Positions 1 to 13,438 of a DNA stretch of 64,000 nt are shown here, piece after piece. The stretch is taken from NCBI RefSeq assembly GCF_009914755.1, contig NC_060935.1. The stretch is one strand, 5' to 3'. Positions within the stretch are counted from its first letter, which is position 1, and every line of letters starts with the position of its first letter. The stretch comes from the human T2T-CHM13v2.0 reference genome, Homo sapiens. Under the pieces are notes generated by a model. The model had not been told where the DNA came from. It was given only the letters and a program-made list of their open reading frames with translations, and ran no database searches. The position numbers and the translations under genes are program-made.

Positions 1-246
1 TCTTAGGTAATGACCTATAACATTCCAAATTTTTGCTTAGGAGACTTGAAAGAGCCTTAGTGACAAAAGACTGAATTGGACTTGCTAAACTGTGCTTCTC
101 AATATAGGGAAGTAAGACTCAGACATTTCCTCATAAGTTCAGGAAGAAAGTTTTTGAGAAGCCCTGTTAATTATAAGGGACAATGCCTTGAACATTCAAG
201 TTAATTAAGGGCTTGCCTCATGATTGCATTTGTAACACTAAAAGCT

Positions 247-680
247 TTTATTCATTCATTTATTCAACAAATAATAATGACAGCCAAGTGCCAGGCACTG
301 TTCCTGGCCTCATTTCTAATCACCCCACCCGTAAATTCCACCTTCCAAATATACTGAGCTGCTTACAATGCATAGAACATGCTGTACTCTCTCTAGCCTC
401 CAGGCCTCTGCACATGCTCCCTCTGCCTGGAATGTCCTTCCCCTCCCCACATAGAGAGAGCGTGTTCACATGCACATGCACATACACACACTATTCCCTT
501 TGTCTGCCTAGCTCCTAGCACAAACATCTCATTCTCATTCACTCAGCTCAAAGGCCATTTCTTCCATGAAGCCCTCTCCAGTCCCCTAGGGCAATATGCG
601 TTTTCCTAGGCTTTATCACTGTGTGATGGGACCTGTTTACATGTGTCTCTCTTCCAGTAAGCTCTGGAGCTTAGGAACTG
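247..680. mobile_element. L2 fragments (both orientations)
   Basis: cattcatttattcaacaaa...gtgccaggcactg tail; cacatgctccctctgcctggaatg and cagctcaaa...atgaagcc L2 motifs. Confidence 0.6.
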
Positions 681-774
681 TGGCATTGAGAAGCACTTCT
701 TTTTAGTGATTACACAAGTCTTGGAACTAACTTCCTGGAGACTAATTTCTTGGTTCTTCTGGAACCATTTCTTG

Positions 775-887
775 ATTGCTGCATAATTTGGGGCAATAAC
801 TTGGGCTCTCTAAGCATTAGTTTGCTCATCATTAAAATGGGGATAATAACTGCACCTATCTCATTGTGTTGTTATCAATGAGATAAC
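775..887 (+). mobile_element. MIR (resumes about 1565-1625 after an L1 insertion)
   Basis: MIR core agtttgctcatc...aaaatggggataata. Confidence 0.7.
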
Positions 888-1535
888 ATTGATGGATACT
901 TAGGTATCCATCAACAGATGACGGGATAAAGAAAATGTGGTACCATTCTGGGCAACATATCGAGATCCCGTCTCTAACAAAAAAGAAAAAAAAAAGCCAA
1001 CCATGGTGGCATGTGCCTGTAGTCACAGCTACTCAGGATCACTTCAGCCCAGGAGTTCAAGGCTGCAGTGAGCCATGATCACACCACCGCACTCCAGCCT
1101 GGGCAATAGAGTGAGACCTTATCTCAAAAAAAAAAAAAAAAAAAAAAGGAAAGAAAGAAACTGTGGTACATATACACAACAAAATACTGTTCACCCATAA
1201 AAAAGAATGAAATTATGTCATTTACAGAAATATGGATGGAACTGGAGGTCATTAAGTGAAACAACTCACAAAGACAAATATCACGTCTTCTCTCTTGTAA
1301 GTGGGAGCTAAATAATGTGTACACATGGACATAGAGGGTGGAGTGTTAGACACTGGAGACTCAGGAGAGTGAGAGGGGATTGCCAAGGGGGTGGATAATG
1401 AGAAATTACTTAATGGGTACCAGTGTGCATTATTTGAGTGACAGATTCTCTAAAAGCCTAGACTTCACTACTACACAGTATATTCACATAACAGAATTGC
1501 ACTTGTGCCTCTTAAATTTATACAAATAAAAATGT
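888..1535 (+). mobile_element. L1 3' end (L1PB4-like), split by an AluJ
   Basis: ccatcaacagatga...gaaaatgtggtac; gagaaattacttaatgggtac...aaatttatacaaataaaaa 3'UTR. Confidence 0.85.
944..1150 (+). mobile_element. 5'-truncated AluJ
   Basis: Alu right arm with AluJ-type aggctgcagtgagccatgatc; TSD aaagaaa(a/c)tgtggtac. Confidence 0.9.
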
Positions 1536-1642
1536 TTTAATTAAAAAATTTTAAAAGATTGGTCAATACATGTGAAGTGCTTAGCATAGTGCACAGCCCA
1601 TAATAGGGAGTTCCATAAATGTTTTTCTAAAAATCTCTTCTG

Positions 1643-1990
1643 GGACATGCGCAGTGGCTCATGCCTGTAATCCCAACACTTTGGAAGACCGAGGTAGTTG
1701 GATCACCTGAGGTCAGGAGTTCAAGACCAGCCTGGCCAAGATGGTGAAGCCCCCTCTCTATTAAAAGTACAAAAAGTAGCCGGGCATGGTGGCCCACATG
1801 CCTGTGATCCCAGCTACCTGGGAGGCTGAGGGGAGGAGAATTGCTTAAACCCAGGAGACAGAGGTTGCAGTGAGCCGAGACTGCACCACTGCACTCCAGC
1901 CCGGGTGACAAAGTGAGACCTTGTCTTAAAAAAAAAAAAGAAAGAAAGAAAGAAACAAAAAAAGATCAAAGATAAGAAAAGAAAAGAAAT
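1643..1990 (+). mobile_element. AluS
   Basis: Full dimer with A/AAAG tail. Confidence 0.92.
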
Positions 1991-2225
1991 AGGCAGAACC
2001 AAGCTTTTTTAAAAAAACAAGTACTGGGGAAGGTACGTGCAATGCAATTAACTGACAAAGGACCTGTTTCCAGAAAAGATTTTAAAAACAAAACAGAAAC
2101 AAGAAAACCGCCTATGAATCAATAAGGTGAGACTACCCAGTGGAAAAAAAATGTAAAGAATATTAATTATGAATAAGCATTTCACAAAAGAGGAAACATG
2201 GATGATCTATAAAACTATGCAACAT

Positions 2226-2503
2226 GGACAGGTGCAGTGGCTCATGCCTGTATACCTGCAATTCCAACACTTTGGGAGGCCAAGGTGGGCAGATTGCTCG
2301 AGCCCAGGAGTTTGAGACCAGCCTGGGCACCATGGCAAAACCCCAGCCAGGCATGGTGGCATGTGCCTATAATCCCAGCTACTTATGAGGCTGCAGTGGG
2401 GAGGATTGCTTGAGCCCCAGAGGCAGAGGTTGAAGTGGACTGAGATTGTGCCACTGCGCTCCAGCCTGAGTGACAGAGTGAGCCCCTGTCTCAAAAAACA
2501 AAC
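2226..2503 (+). mobile_element. AluJ
   Basis: Alu dimer; TSD aaactatgcaac encloses it and the next Alu. Confidence 0.88.
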
Positions 2504-2504
2504 A

Positions 2505-3520
<1,016 letters not shown>

Positions 3521-3579
3521 TCTCAAATGAACTTGAAAATAAGAACAGGCAGCAGAGAAATCATGTTTCCAGGTGTATT

Positions 3580-3707
3580 TTGCCCAGGCTGAGTGCAGTG
3601 GCATGATCATGTCTCACTGCCAACTTGAACCTGGGCTCAAATGATTCTCCCACCTCAGCCTCCCGAGTAGCTAAGACTCCAAGCACATGCCACGACACAT
3701 TGCTAGC

Positions 3708-3746
<39 letters not shown>

Positions 3747-3868
3747 TTGTAGGGATGGGTTCTCACCCTGTTACCCAGCTGGTCTTGAACTCTTGGGCTC
3801 AAGCAAGCCTCCCACCTCAGCCTCCCAAAGTGCTGGGATTAAAGGCATAAGCCACTATGCCCAGCCCA
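3580..3868 (-). mobile_element. AluJ with expanded (TTTA)n linker
   Basis: Antisense Alu arms. Confidence 0.88.
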
Positions 3869-4419
3869 GGCCTTTCACAGAGTATTCAACACCTTCATTG
3901 ATTCCACCAAATGGATGAGTGGGCAAGTAGGTGGATAGAGGGGGAGAGAGGGATGGAGGGAGGGATAGTTGGATACATGGACAGAAGAATCAATGATTTG
4001 ATAGATCATTAGTCAAATATATAGATAGACAGAGGAAATAACGTAGGTTGGGGAAGTCAGAGGTTATTAAAGCGTCACCATTCCCTAGATTTTTATCTTA
4101 AGCAGGGATATCGTGTGACATAGACAACAATGTGAATGGCACCCCCTGGAGTTGTACAGTGCCATAGCTCTAATGGACAAATGTCTTAACTCTCTGAGTC
4201 CTCATTTTGCTTCCCAGGGTCTTTCAGAAGAATAAATGTATGCACAGAGCCTGACATATAGTACGGAGTGAGAATATGGCAATTATGACCAAGGTAGTAC
4301 TAGGAAAATGGACACTGAGTCTAACAGTCAGGAACAGGTTAATTGCAATAATAGCCCTATTGTATAAATAGAACTTTTAAAAATAACCTACTTTCAGGAG
4401 AAAAGTAACATATGTACAT

Positions 4420-4729
4420 TGTATTACTCTGTTCTCACAGTGCTATGAATATCTGAGACTGGGTAATTTATATAGAAAAGAAGTTTAATTGACCCACAGT
4501 TCTGCATGGCTGGGGAGGCCTCAGGGGACTTACAATCATGGTGGAAGGCACCTCCTAACAGGGCGGCAGGAGAAAGAATGCGAGCCAAGCAAAGGGGAAA
4601 AAGCCCCTCATAAAACTATCATCCCCATGATCCAATTACCTCCCAGCAGGTCCCTCCCATGACACATGGGGATAATGGGAACTACAATTCAAGATGAGAT
4701 TTAGGTAGGGACACAGCAAAACCATATCA
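4420..4729 (-). mobile_element. THE1 (MaLR) solo LTR, THE1D-like
   Basis: tgtatta...accatatca termini; 5-bp TSD tacat/cacat. Confidence 0.88.
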
Positions 4730-5158
4730 CACATTAAATATACCTATTCAGTTTGGCTGATCCTGATGACTGTACATTTTCCAGCAGGCACTGGGATGTG
4801 TTAAAGGATCAGCCTCCCCATCACAGTCCTGGGGTTCATTAGAGTCCCTCAAGGGAGCACCACTGCAGTCTTCAAAGCAGATCAGCCTTTCTATGCCCTT
4901 AAACACAGGTCATTCTTAGCCAACGTTAAGTGATGTGAGACTTACCGTATATAAATCTGATTTTATAAAAGCTTTCCACAAAGCATCTATAAAATGTTCA
5001 TGGTATGTGAACATACACAGTAAACTCAGCCAGGATGTAGTATGGCATTTTAAGGCAGGGGAGTGGGGACAGGAGGCAGCAACATGAAGCAGCCTGTGTT
5101 TACATTGTTAGTATGCAGAAACCCACTAACTCACTTTACAATTTAAATTAAGCTGATT

Positions 5159-5189
5159 ACACACAAACACACACACACACACACACACA
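5159..5189. repeat. (CA)n microsatellite
   Basis: Directly visible. Confidence 0.9.
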
Positions 5190-5223
5190 GACTTATTAAT
5201 GTAGGGTCTTCCTGAATGGCATC

Positions 5224-5722
5224 TGTTTCAGTTATCTATTTCTACATAGCAAAATGACACAAAATTGAGTGGCTTAAAATAATAAGAATTGGCCATTTCT
5301 CCAGTTTCTGTACTTTGCTGGGCAGTTCCTCTGATGCCTTCCCTAAAGCTCACCCATCCTGCAACAATCAGTGGGAAGTCCAAGATGCCTCCTCTCTCAA
5401 GCATCTGGCACTCGGTGCTGGATGTTGGTTGTGTGGCCTCAGTTCTCCTCCATGTCTCCGCTTATCCTCTAATAAGCTAGAGCAGTTTCTACACATGGTG
5501 CTCAGGACAAGAACCCAAAAGGACTGAAGTGGAAGCTGCAACACCTCCTGACTTGCATAGCATCACTTCCACCACATTCTGTTGGTCAAAGCAAGATACA
5601 AGGCCACCAGATCAAGGAGAGGGGAAACAGGCTCCACCTTGATGGGAAAAGCAGCAGAATCTCATTGCAAAGGGGCCTAGCAGGAGCTGGTGCAGCTGTC
5701 TTTTAGGAAATGAGCTGCCACA
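5224..5722 (-). mobile_element. MLT1 (MaLR) LTR
   Basis: cagttatctatt...agtggcttaaaa start; catcacttccaccacattctgttggtcaaagcaag; ends ctgccaca. Confidence 0.75.
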
Positions 5723-8169
5723 TAGGAAATGAGAAGCCAGGCGCAGACTGGGCTGGGCTTTCGCATATGACTTAGTTCTAAGAATTAAATCATAGCATCT
5801 GTGGTTAAAAAGAGAAAGCTTGAAAACCACTGCATTAAGCAAAAAGGCCAGAAAATACCATGAAAATAGGAGTGTGGAGCTTTTTTGTTCCTTGAATAAA
5901 TGTCTTCCTGGTAGGAAGCACAGGATTCCTGAGGAAATGACATTTCTTCTCCATTGAGCAGACAGTGAAAGATCGATGTGACCAATGAAGATGGTGAGCA
6001 AGTGGGTAGGGCAGGCGGTTGATCTTTGCAGGAGCAGGTATCTGCAATTTGTCCTCATAGGGCAGATGACAACAGAGAGTGTGACGCTTGTGTGGAGACA
6101 ATCAGGCTGTCCAATAAGAGAGACAGAGATGCAGCAAGGTGAGACTGAGTCCCCTGAAGTGGGAGGGAATGGCATCAAAGGAAGCAAATGCAGAAAGAAA
6201 TAGGAGCTGCTCAGATGCCGGGATGTTCATCAACAGGACAAAAGGCTGAAAAGTGGCCCAGAAGGACTCTTCCTTCCTCTTCCAGAAAGAGAGCAGAAAA
6301 AATAAGAAAGACACTTTGTCAAGATAGCAAAGCCATATGAACATAATCACTGGACACCAAGCAAATGACAGGAGACTCTATGATGCTCCAGCAACTCAAA
6401 AGAAGAGGACAAAGGAGAAAGAGAAGAGAACAGAGTGAGACTGAGGTTTATACAGTAACCAAGCCATCTCCTTCTAAGAAACACTTTCCAGCTCCCTCTA
6501 TGTGGGCAGGTGGACACATAGAGGCACACTTGTATATGTGGTTTTCTAATTGGTTTCATTTTAGTCCATAGTAAAAGAGGTTAATTGTGCATCCATATTG
6601 TGAAAACATTCTCTATAAATGTCCTAATTAGGAACCCTAACTCGCTTTCCATTATTTCAAAACTGTCCAAATCTGGGTAGACCTAAAGACCATCTGGAAC
6701 CTGGACTTATGCCCGGGCAGCAATGGATTGCCCTTCATTAGACCTCTCCATGCCCCATCTATTTGGGAGAAAGAAAGGGCGATGGAGAGTTACATGGTGG
6801 ATACACTAGAAAATAGCATTCCCTGCTCAGACATTTGGTTTTATGATTTTATCTTCCTTGCAATTGACCATGTTCATAAAACTTCAAAGGAGATTTTTCC
6901 AGTGCTTTGGCTGTTTAACTGAGACATGCACTTACTTAAGTGTGCATCTGATGTGTGAATATATATGCAGAATACTTGTCCAGGAAACAACAGAAAGTAC
7001 TGCTATTCTTTACTGTGTCTTTATTAAACTATTTTAGTTTGAAGGGAAAGCTTTTAAAAAATCAAGACTAACTTCAAAATCCAGAGGGAGGAATTGCCAA
7101 TAAAGTAAAGCCACTCACACTGATTTATCACTGTATTTCTGCAACCATTGCTTGCTTCACTAGCTTGTCAGTGCAGTGGGTGTTGGGGAGCAGTCATCTG
7201 GATCTCACGTTGCACATAAAATCTGATATGGATATTAAAAGTCAATCATAAAGCTCCCCCAAGTGGATACTTTTTTAAACTACATGAAGAAACTCGCCAG
7301 AATCTCTATGATTGCAATCAAGATGGAGGCCTCAAATATGCTTTTGACGGACAGCAGTGGCCTGGCTTATCCATCTTTTTGTACATAATTTAATAAGATC
7401 AGCATCTTGGGAAAAGAATTCTATAAATGTTAAAATGGAATCTACAAAAACACTCTCCTGGCTTCCTTGGGAACGTAATGGGGCCTAGAAGCTGCCTGTG
7501 GCTATGCTAGATCTTACATGGCCTAAAAGGATCCAGGGATATAGTGATTTACAGCTGCTCAGGGGGGTAAAAACCCCCTGGAAAAGCTCCCTGGTCCATT
7601 TAATTGTGTTCTTTATTCCACTATCTGGGCTGATTATACTGAATTACTAGGCACCCCTGTTAAGCCTGTCACTTAAATTCTAGAACAAATTAAGTTTGTT
7701 GAAGGCTTTGCTCTTTCTCTCTATTAAAATATTCATATCTACTCTAACAACCTGATAAAAACTGGCTAAAAGCTTCGCTGCTATCCCCAACAGGGAGTGC
7801 CATTTTTAATGAACCCACAAGCATCATAAATAAAAAATAACTGTTCTTAATAAAGAATTGATAGATCAGCTCTGGCCCCAGATAGGTATCAAGGGGGAAG
7901 CTACACACAGCCTTGGGAGAATGTGTTCAGCAAATGAGTCTCCCAGAACCTAAAAGCCCCCAGCCAACCATCAAACTCCAAACAAAGGCTGAATCAATGA
8001 ACTTCCTGAAGAAGTTTCCATAAAATAGCTGAGCCTACTGGGTCTCCATGGGGGTAGATGGCAAAGGGTAGCAGGGAGGGCCTTCCAGAGGTGTATGAGA
8101 AAGCAAGGGAAGGAGGAAAGGCTATGGCAGGGGGTTGGGGTGGGGGATAAAAGTCATAAAGAATATTCC

Positions 8170-8350
8170 TTGAGCATTTACTATGTGCCAAGCATTATCC
8201 TCCCAATAATCCTACAAAATGGATAGCATTATCCCCCATAAATGAAGGTAAATGGAGTTGCTGTAAGCAGCCTGAGGTCAGAAGCCAGTAGGTTGAGGGG
8301 TCTGAACACCAACCCAGACCTGACTCTAAATCCGAATCCCCAACCACGAA
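8170..8350 (-). mobile_element. MIR
   Basis: gagcatttactatgtgcc...aataatcct...gactctaaa. Confidence 0.6.
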
Positions 8351-8943
8351 AGGCTTTGTAAAAGCTTTGGAAACACTGCTTAAACCTCTTCCCTCTTTCA
8401 CTCCACTTATTCTGGGGGCAAAATATGGGACCTAAAGTCAGCAATCACAGCATTCACTTGCCCCTGGGGCTAAATAAGGAGGGGGCTTGGTAGAGACACC
8501 ATTCCCCAGCCAGATCCTCTTCCAAATCTCCAAACACCCTGGCTGGGATGGCAGCCTCCTTCCTACCAAGCAGGACAGCAGCCTGCTCATCCAACTCCAC
8601 CTCATGGCTCCAAAGAGAGTACTGGACATAGAATCCTAAGCTGCAGAAAATAAATTAAACAGACATTCTCACAAGACTTTGGAATCAAGGCAGAACAGCA
8701 ACGCTAGGCTCTGTTGTGTATTGTGTGATATCAGACAAGTCATCTCACCTCTCTGAGCCTTCAAATGTGTCCATTAAATATGGATGGCAGCTTAACTGTT
8801 TACACATAGCCTTGTTCCAAAAAGGATTTAAAGCAGCCAATAACATCTATTTCACCAAGCAGTAGTCAGAATAAAATATAACTTTCTTAGCTATTTGTGA
8901 CAAGAGCACTTGTGATGTAAGAGGGCCCAGCATGGTACCTGGC

Positions 8944-9319
8944 TGATATGGTTTGGCTGTGTCCCCACCCAAATCTCATCTTGAATTGTAGTTCCCATAA
9001 TCCCTATGTGTCCTGGAAGGGACCCAGTGAGGGTAATTGGATCATGGGGTGGGTACCTCCTTGCTGCTGTTCTTGTGATAGTGAGTGAGTTCCCACAAGA
9101 TCTGATGGTTTCAAAAGGGGCTTTTCCCCACTTTGTTCAGCACTTCTCCTTCCTGCTGCCATGTGAAAAAGAATGTGTTTGCTTCCCCTTCCACCATGAT
9201 TGTAAGTTTCCTGAGGCCTCCCCTGCCATGCTGAACTGTGAGGCAATTAAACCTCTTTCCTTTACAAATTACACAGTCTCAGGCAGTTCTTTATAGCAGC
9301 ATGAGAACAGACTAATACA
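8944..9319 (+). mobile_element. THE1C/D solo LTR
   Basis: tgatatggtttggctgtgtcccc...gactaataca; perfect 5-bp TSD ctggc. Confidence 0.93.
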
Positions 9320-10514
9320 CTGGCTCACCAGGGGCTGGCAGTAAACACTTCTCTGCCACCACCCTGGACCTCTCACAGGTCTGCACTTCCTCCTCCTGAC
9401 CTTCTGAAGGGGTTCACTGCCCCACTCTCCCAGGACCCCCACGACATTGCTATGCTTTCTTTTTCCCCACAGCTCTTAAATCCTTTCATGACCTTGTAGC
9501 TGGGATGGGGGTGGGAGAGACAGAGGAGGAGGGAGATCAAGAAAAGAGAGTTAAAACAATCCTAGCTTCCCTCACACTCTTCCAAGGCATTCGCAGGAAA
9601 AATGCATAATTATTAATAGCAAAAGTGCTGCTGTTATACTGATGTCCCCTGCAGGAGAGGTTGGTCTCACTTAACTCTAAACCTCTTTCCAAGTGGTAGG
9701 GGCAGGAGAGAGGGAGGCCTGATCTGAGGTCGGCCAATGTGTGATGTCTAACAGAAAACACAAGGGACCTCTGAGTGGGTGTTGTGGGGGGTGCTCACAT
9801 GTCCCCAAGCTCAGGCAGTCCAGAGAAGCAAACCTTTCTTCTTCAATCTTGTTTTCCTGTCACTGAACAAAAATTCCTGATGCCACTTAGACACTGAATA
9901 TGGCCTTGGAGTGAAGGTTGGAGGTGACCTACATTCCCTCATATCCTGAACCTAAAAAACCTTTGACATGCTGCTGGCAGAGGCATATGGTTTTTTTTTT
10001 TTACATTTTAATTTTTAAATATTGATCATATTAGATTCATTAGATGACACAAAGACAAATGCATGTCATAACATCATCTCTGATGATTGACCCAAAATTT
10101 TAGGGTGGATTTTTAAAAGGCAATTCTTAAAGCATTTACTGCCCAGGTCAGAGTCTTTGCAGGTATGAATAGTAGAGAGGCCCAACCCTGGACTCATCTC
10201 AAATGGGGAGTAGGAAAGCTCAAAAATATCTGCTACATAATTCTACCAATTGGTTTCACTGGATCTAAAAAGTTCTCTTTTAAAAAGTGATGATTACATA
10301 GGAGAGGATTCTAAAAAGAGGCAGTCCACAGTGTAACACTGGTTTTCCCTAGATGGTAAGACTGTGGGTGATTTGGGTTTTGGACTTTTTTATTTGTCTG
10401 TTATTTTCTAGTCTATCTACAATGAACAATTAAGAGTTTATTTTAATCTTAAAAAGGCCTTCCCTGGTCAAATTAAGTAAATTCATTATGTTTGGTGGTA
10501 ACCACTTAAAAATG

Positions 10515-11295
10515 GAAGAAAGCAAACCACAATGAGATATCACTCCATATTCATTAGGATGTTTATCATTTGAAAAAACAAAAAAAATGGTAAATAAGTA
10601 GTGTTGACAAGGACATGGAGAAATTGGAACCCTCCTACACTGCTGACGGGAATGCAAAATGGTGTAGCCACTTCAGAAAACAGTCTGGGAGCTCCTCTAA
10701 ATGTTAGACATAAAGTTGCCATATGACCCACAACAATTCTACTCCTAGGTATATACCCAAGAGAAATAAAAATGTAGCCACACAAAAGTTCTTAACCAAA
10801 TGTTCACAGCAGCATTATTCATAGTAGCCAGAAAGTAGAAACAACCCAAATGTCTATCAGTGGATAAATGGATAAATAAAATGTGGGATATCCACACAAT
10901 GGAATATTATTTCACCATAAAAGGAATCTGTACTGACACGTGCTACAATGTGGATAAACTCTGGCAACATTATACTAAGTGAAAGAAGCAGTCAAAAAAG
11001 ACCACACATTGTATGATTTCATTTATATGAAACATCTAGTTTATATGAAATGTCTAGAACAGGCAAATCTACAAGGAGAGAAAGCAGATCAGTGGTTGCC
11101 TAGGGCCAGGGGAATGGAGGGGCAAGGGAATGATAGCTGAGAGTACCGGGTTTCTCTGCAGGGTGATGAAAATATTCTAAAATTGACTGTGGAGATGGTT
11201 GCAGGTATTTGTGAATATACTAAAAACCAGTGGGTTGTACATTTTAGTGGGTGAATATTATGGTATGTGAATCATATCTCAATAAAGCTGTTACC
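10515..11295 (+). mobile_element. L1MB-type 3' end
   Basis: aaccacaatgagatatcac...tatctcaataaagctgtt. Confidence 0.85.
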
Positions 11296-11709
11296 CCCAA
11301 AATAGAAGGATGCCATCTGAATATGATGGGACTTCTGACTTATATGAAGAAGGCACATACTGACACATGCTACAGTGTGGATAAACCCTGGCAACTCTCT
11401 CAACATGTGAGAAGGCAGAACCCATGTGAGAAGAGGATGGCAAAGTGAGACTGCAGGGCACCAAGACAGGGTTTGATTTGCACCCAAACAGTCATCCTGT
11501 ACAAACTGGAAAAGCCATCCCCAGACCTTAGCACAGGCCTGGGCTTCCTCTCATACACACATCCCAGCATTTTACAGTTAAATAATTGATCCCCCAGATT
11601 ATTCCCATGGGGGAATAATCTGCAGACACTGGGAAAATATTGGAATGAGGAAGGCAGAGCCAGCGATCAGAAACTGACCGCATCAAAATCACAGAACTCA
11701 AGCTAACTT

Positions 11710-11913
11710 AGCAGTGATCTCTCAAAGTTGGCTGTTCATCAGACTCACCCAGGGAGTTCTCTTGACTATCTGTTTGGGTTTTAACATAGACTGCTGAACC
11801 CCACAACGCAGACATTCTGAGTCCGTAGGTCCAAGAGATACCCAGGAATCCTATACTTTCTAAAGTTCTCCACATCTTTCTGACCATAAACCAGGTGTAG
11901 GAACTTCTGGACC
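11710..11913. mobile_element. MER5-type hAT-Charlie MITE
   Basis: cagtgatctctcaaagt...catcagactcacccaggg...aggaacttctgg. Confidence 0.6.
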
Positions 11914-12831
11914 AGATGACAACTCATTTTAAAATATTTTTGAAGAAAATAAGAATAAAAGACCTTTTTGAATTAAAAAAAAACTTTCCACTTTCATGCA
12001 AGGAGAATACACAGAAACTGCTTAATAACATGTTTTTATGATCTCTGGTATAGCTACAAAACAAACTTTTAAAAGGATAAAAATATTCACGTCTCCACAA
12101 TGTACCAATTCACAGTTTCAGTCAGGTGTTCCTTTCAATTTTTTTAAATTGTTCCTAAACTACTGCTTAAATATCATAGAATTTAAAAGCTGAAAGAGTC
12201 TTGGATATTACTGACTTCAGCTCCCTCATCATAGACAAGGGGAAATGTCACCCACGGAGATGAAATATCTTGCTGCAGGATTAGAACCCAGTTAGGTGTG
12301 CCCACAGTCCGTCCAGTCCCCTTTCTGCTGTGTAATATGACATTTTGCAAGAATAGCTTATGCTGGAGGTCTTCAGTTGCAGAAAAATCAATCTCTGCAG
12401 ATATGAAGGAATGGCATTTAAGCTATGACTTAAACCATGGAATTTTAGACCCGTTGTAACAAGAAGGAACATGCAGGTCACCAGATTAGAATCTACAATG
12501 TACAGGTTACCTAGCCCCATAAACCACAGTGAACCAACAAAAAACAAAGCTGGAAGATACAGACTTGAGTAGGAGCCTTCTGAGAAAGATGCAAGGCCCA
12601 ACCCTTACATCCACGGTTGATGATGCAGAAGGTTGTTAGGGGACATCACCATAGCTGTGTGCTGCCTTTGCAAAGATTTAATCACGCTCACTTTCCAAGC
12701 TATATTAACTTGCACACAACCTTCCCAACACTGCAAGAAGCTCAAATAAAACAGAATACTGGGTTTTGGATTTTCAAGTTTTGTCTCAGGCAAACAGTAT
12801 TGTACTGCAAAAGATTAAAGTTTGTGTGGCA

Positions 12832-13438
<607 letters not shown>

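Noticed and set aside
5612-6187. 191-aa ORF, the longest in the track
   Set aside because: Ends inside an MLT1 LTR, has no recognisable homology, and lacks a supporting splice structure
4420-9319. Two THE1 LTRs about 4.2 kb apart as a possible provirus
   Set aside because: Opposite orientations, each with its own TSD, and no internal MaLR sequence between them
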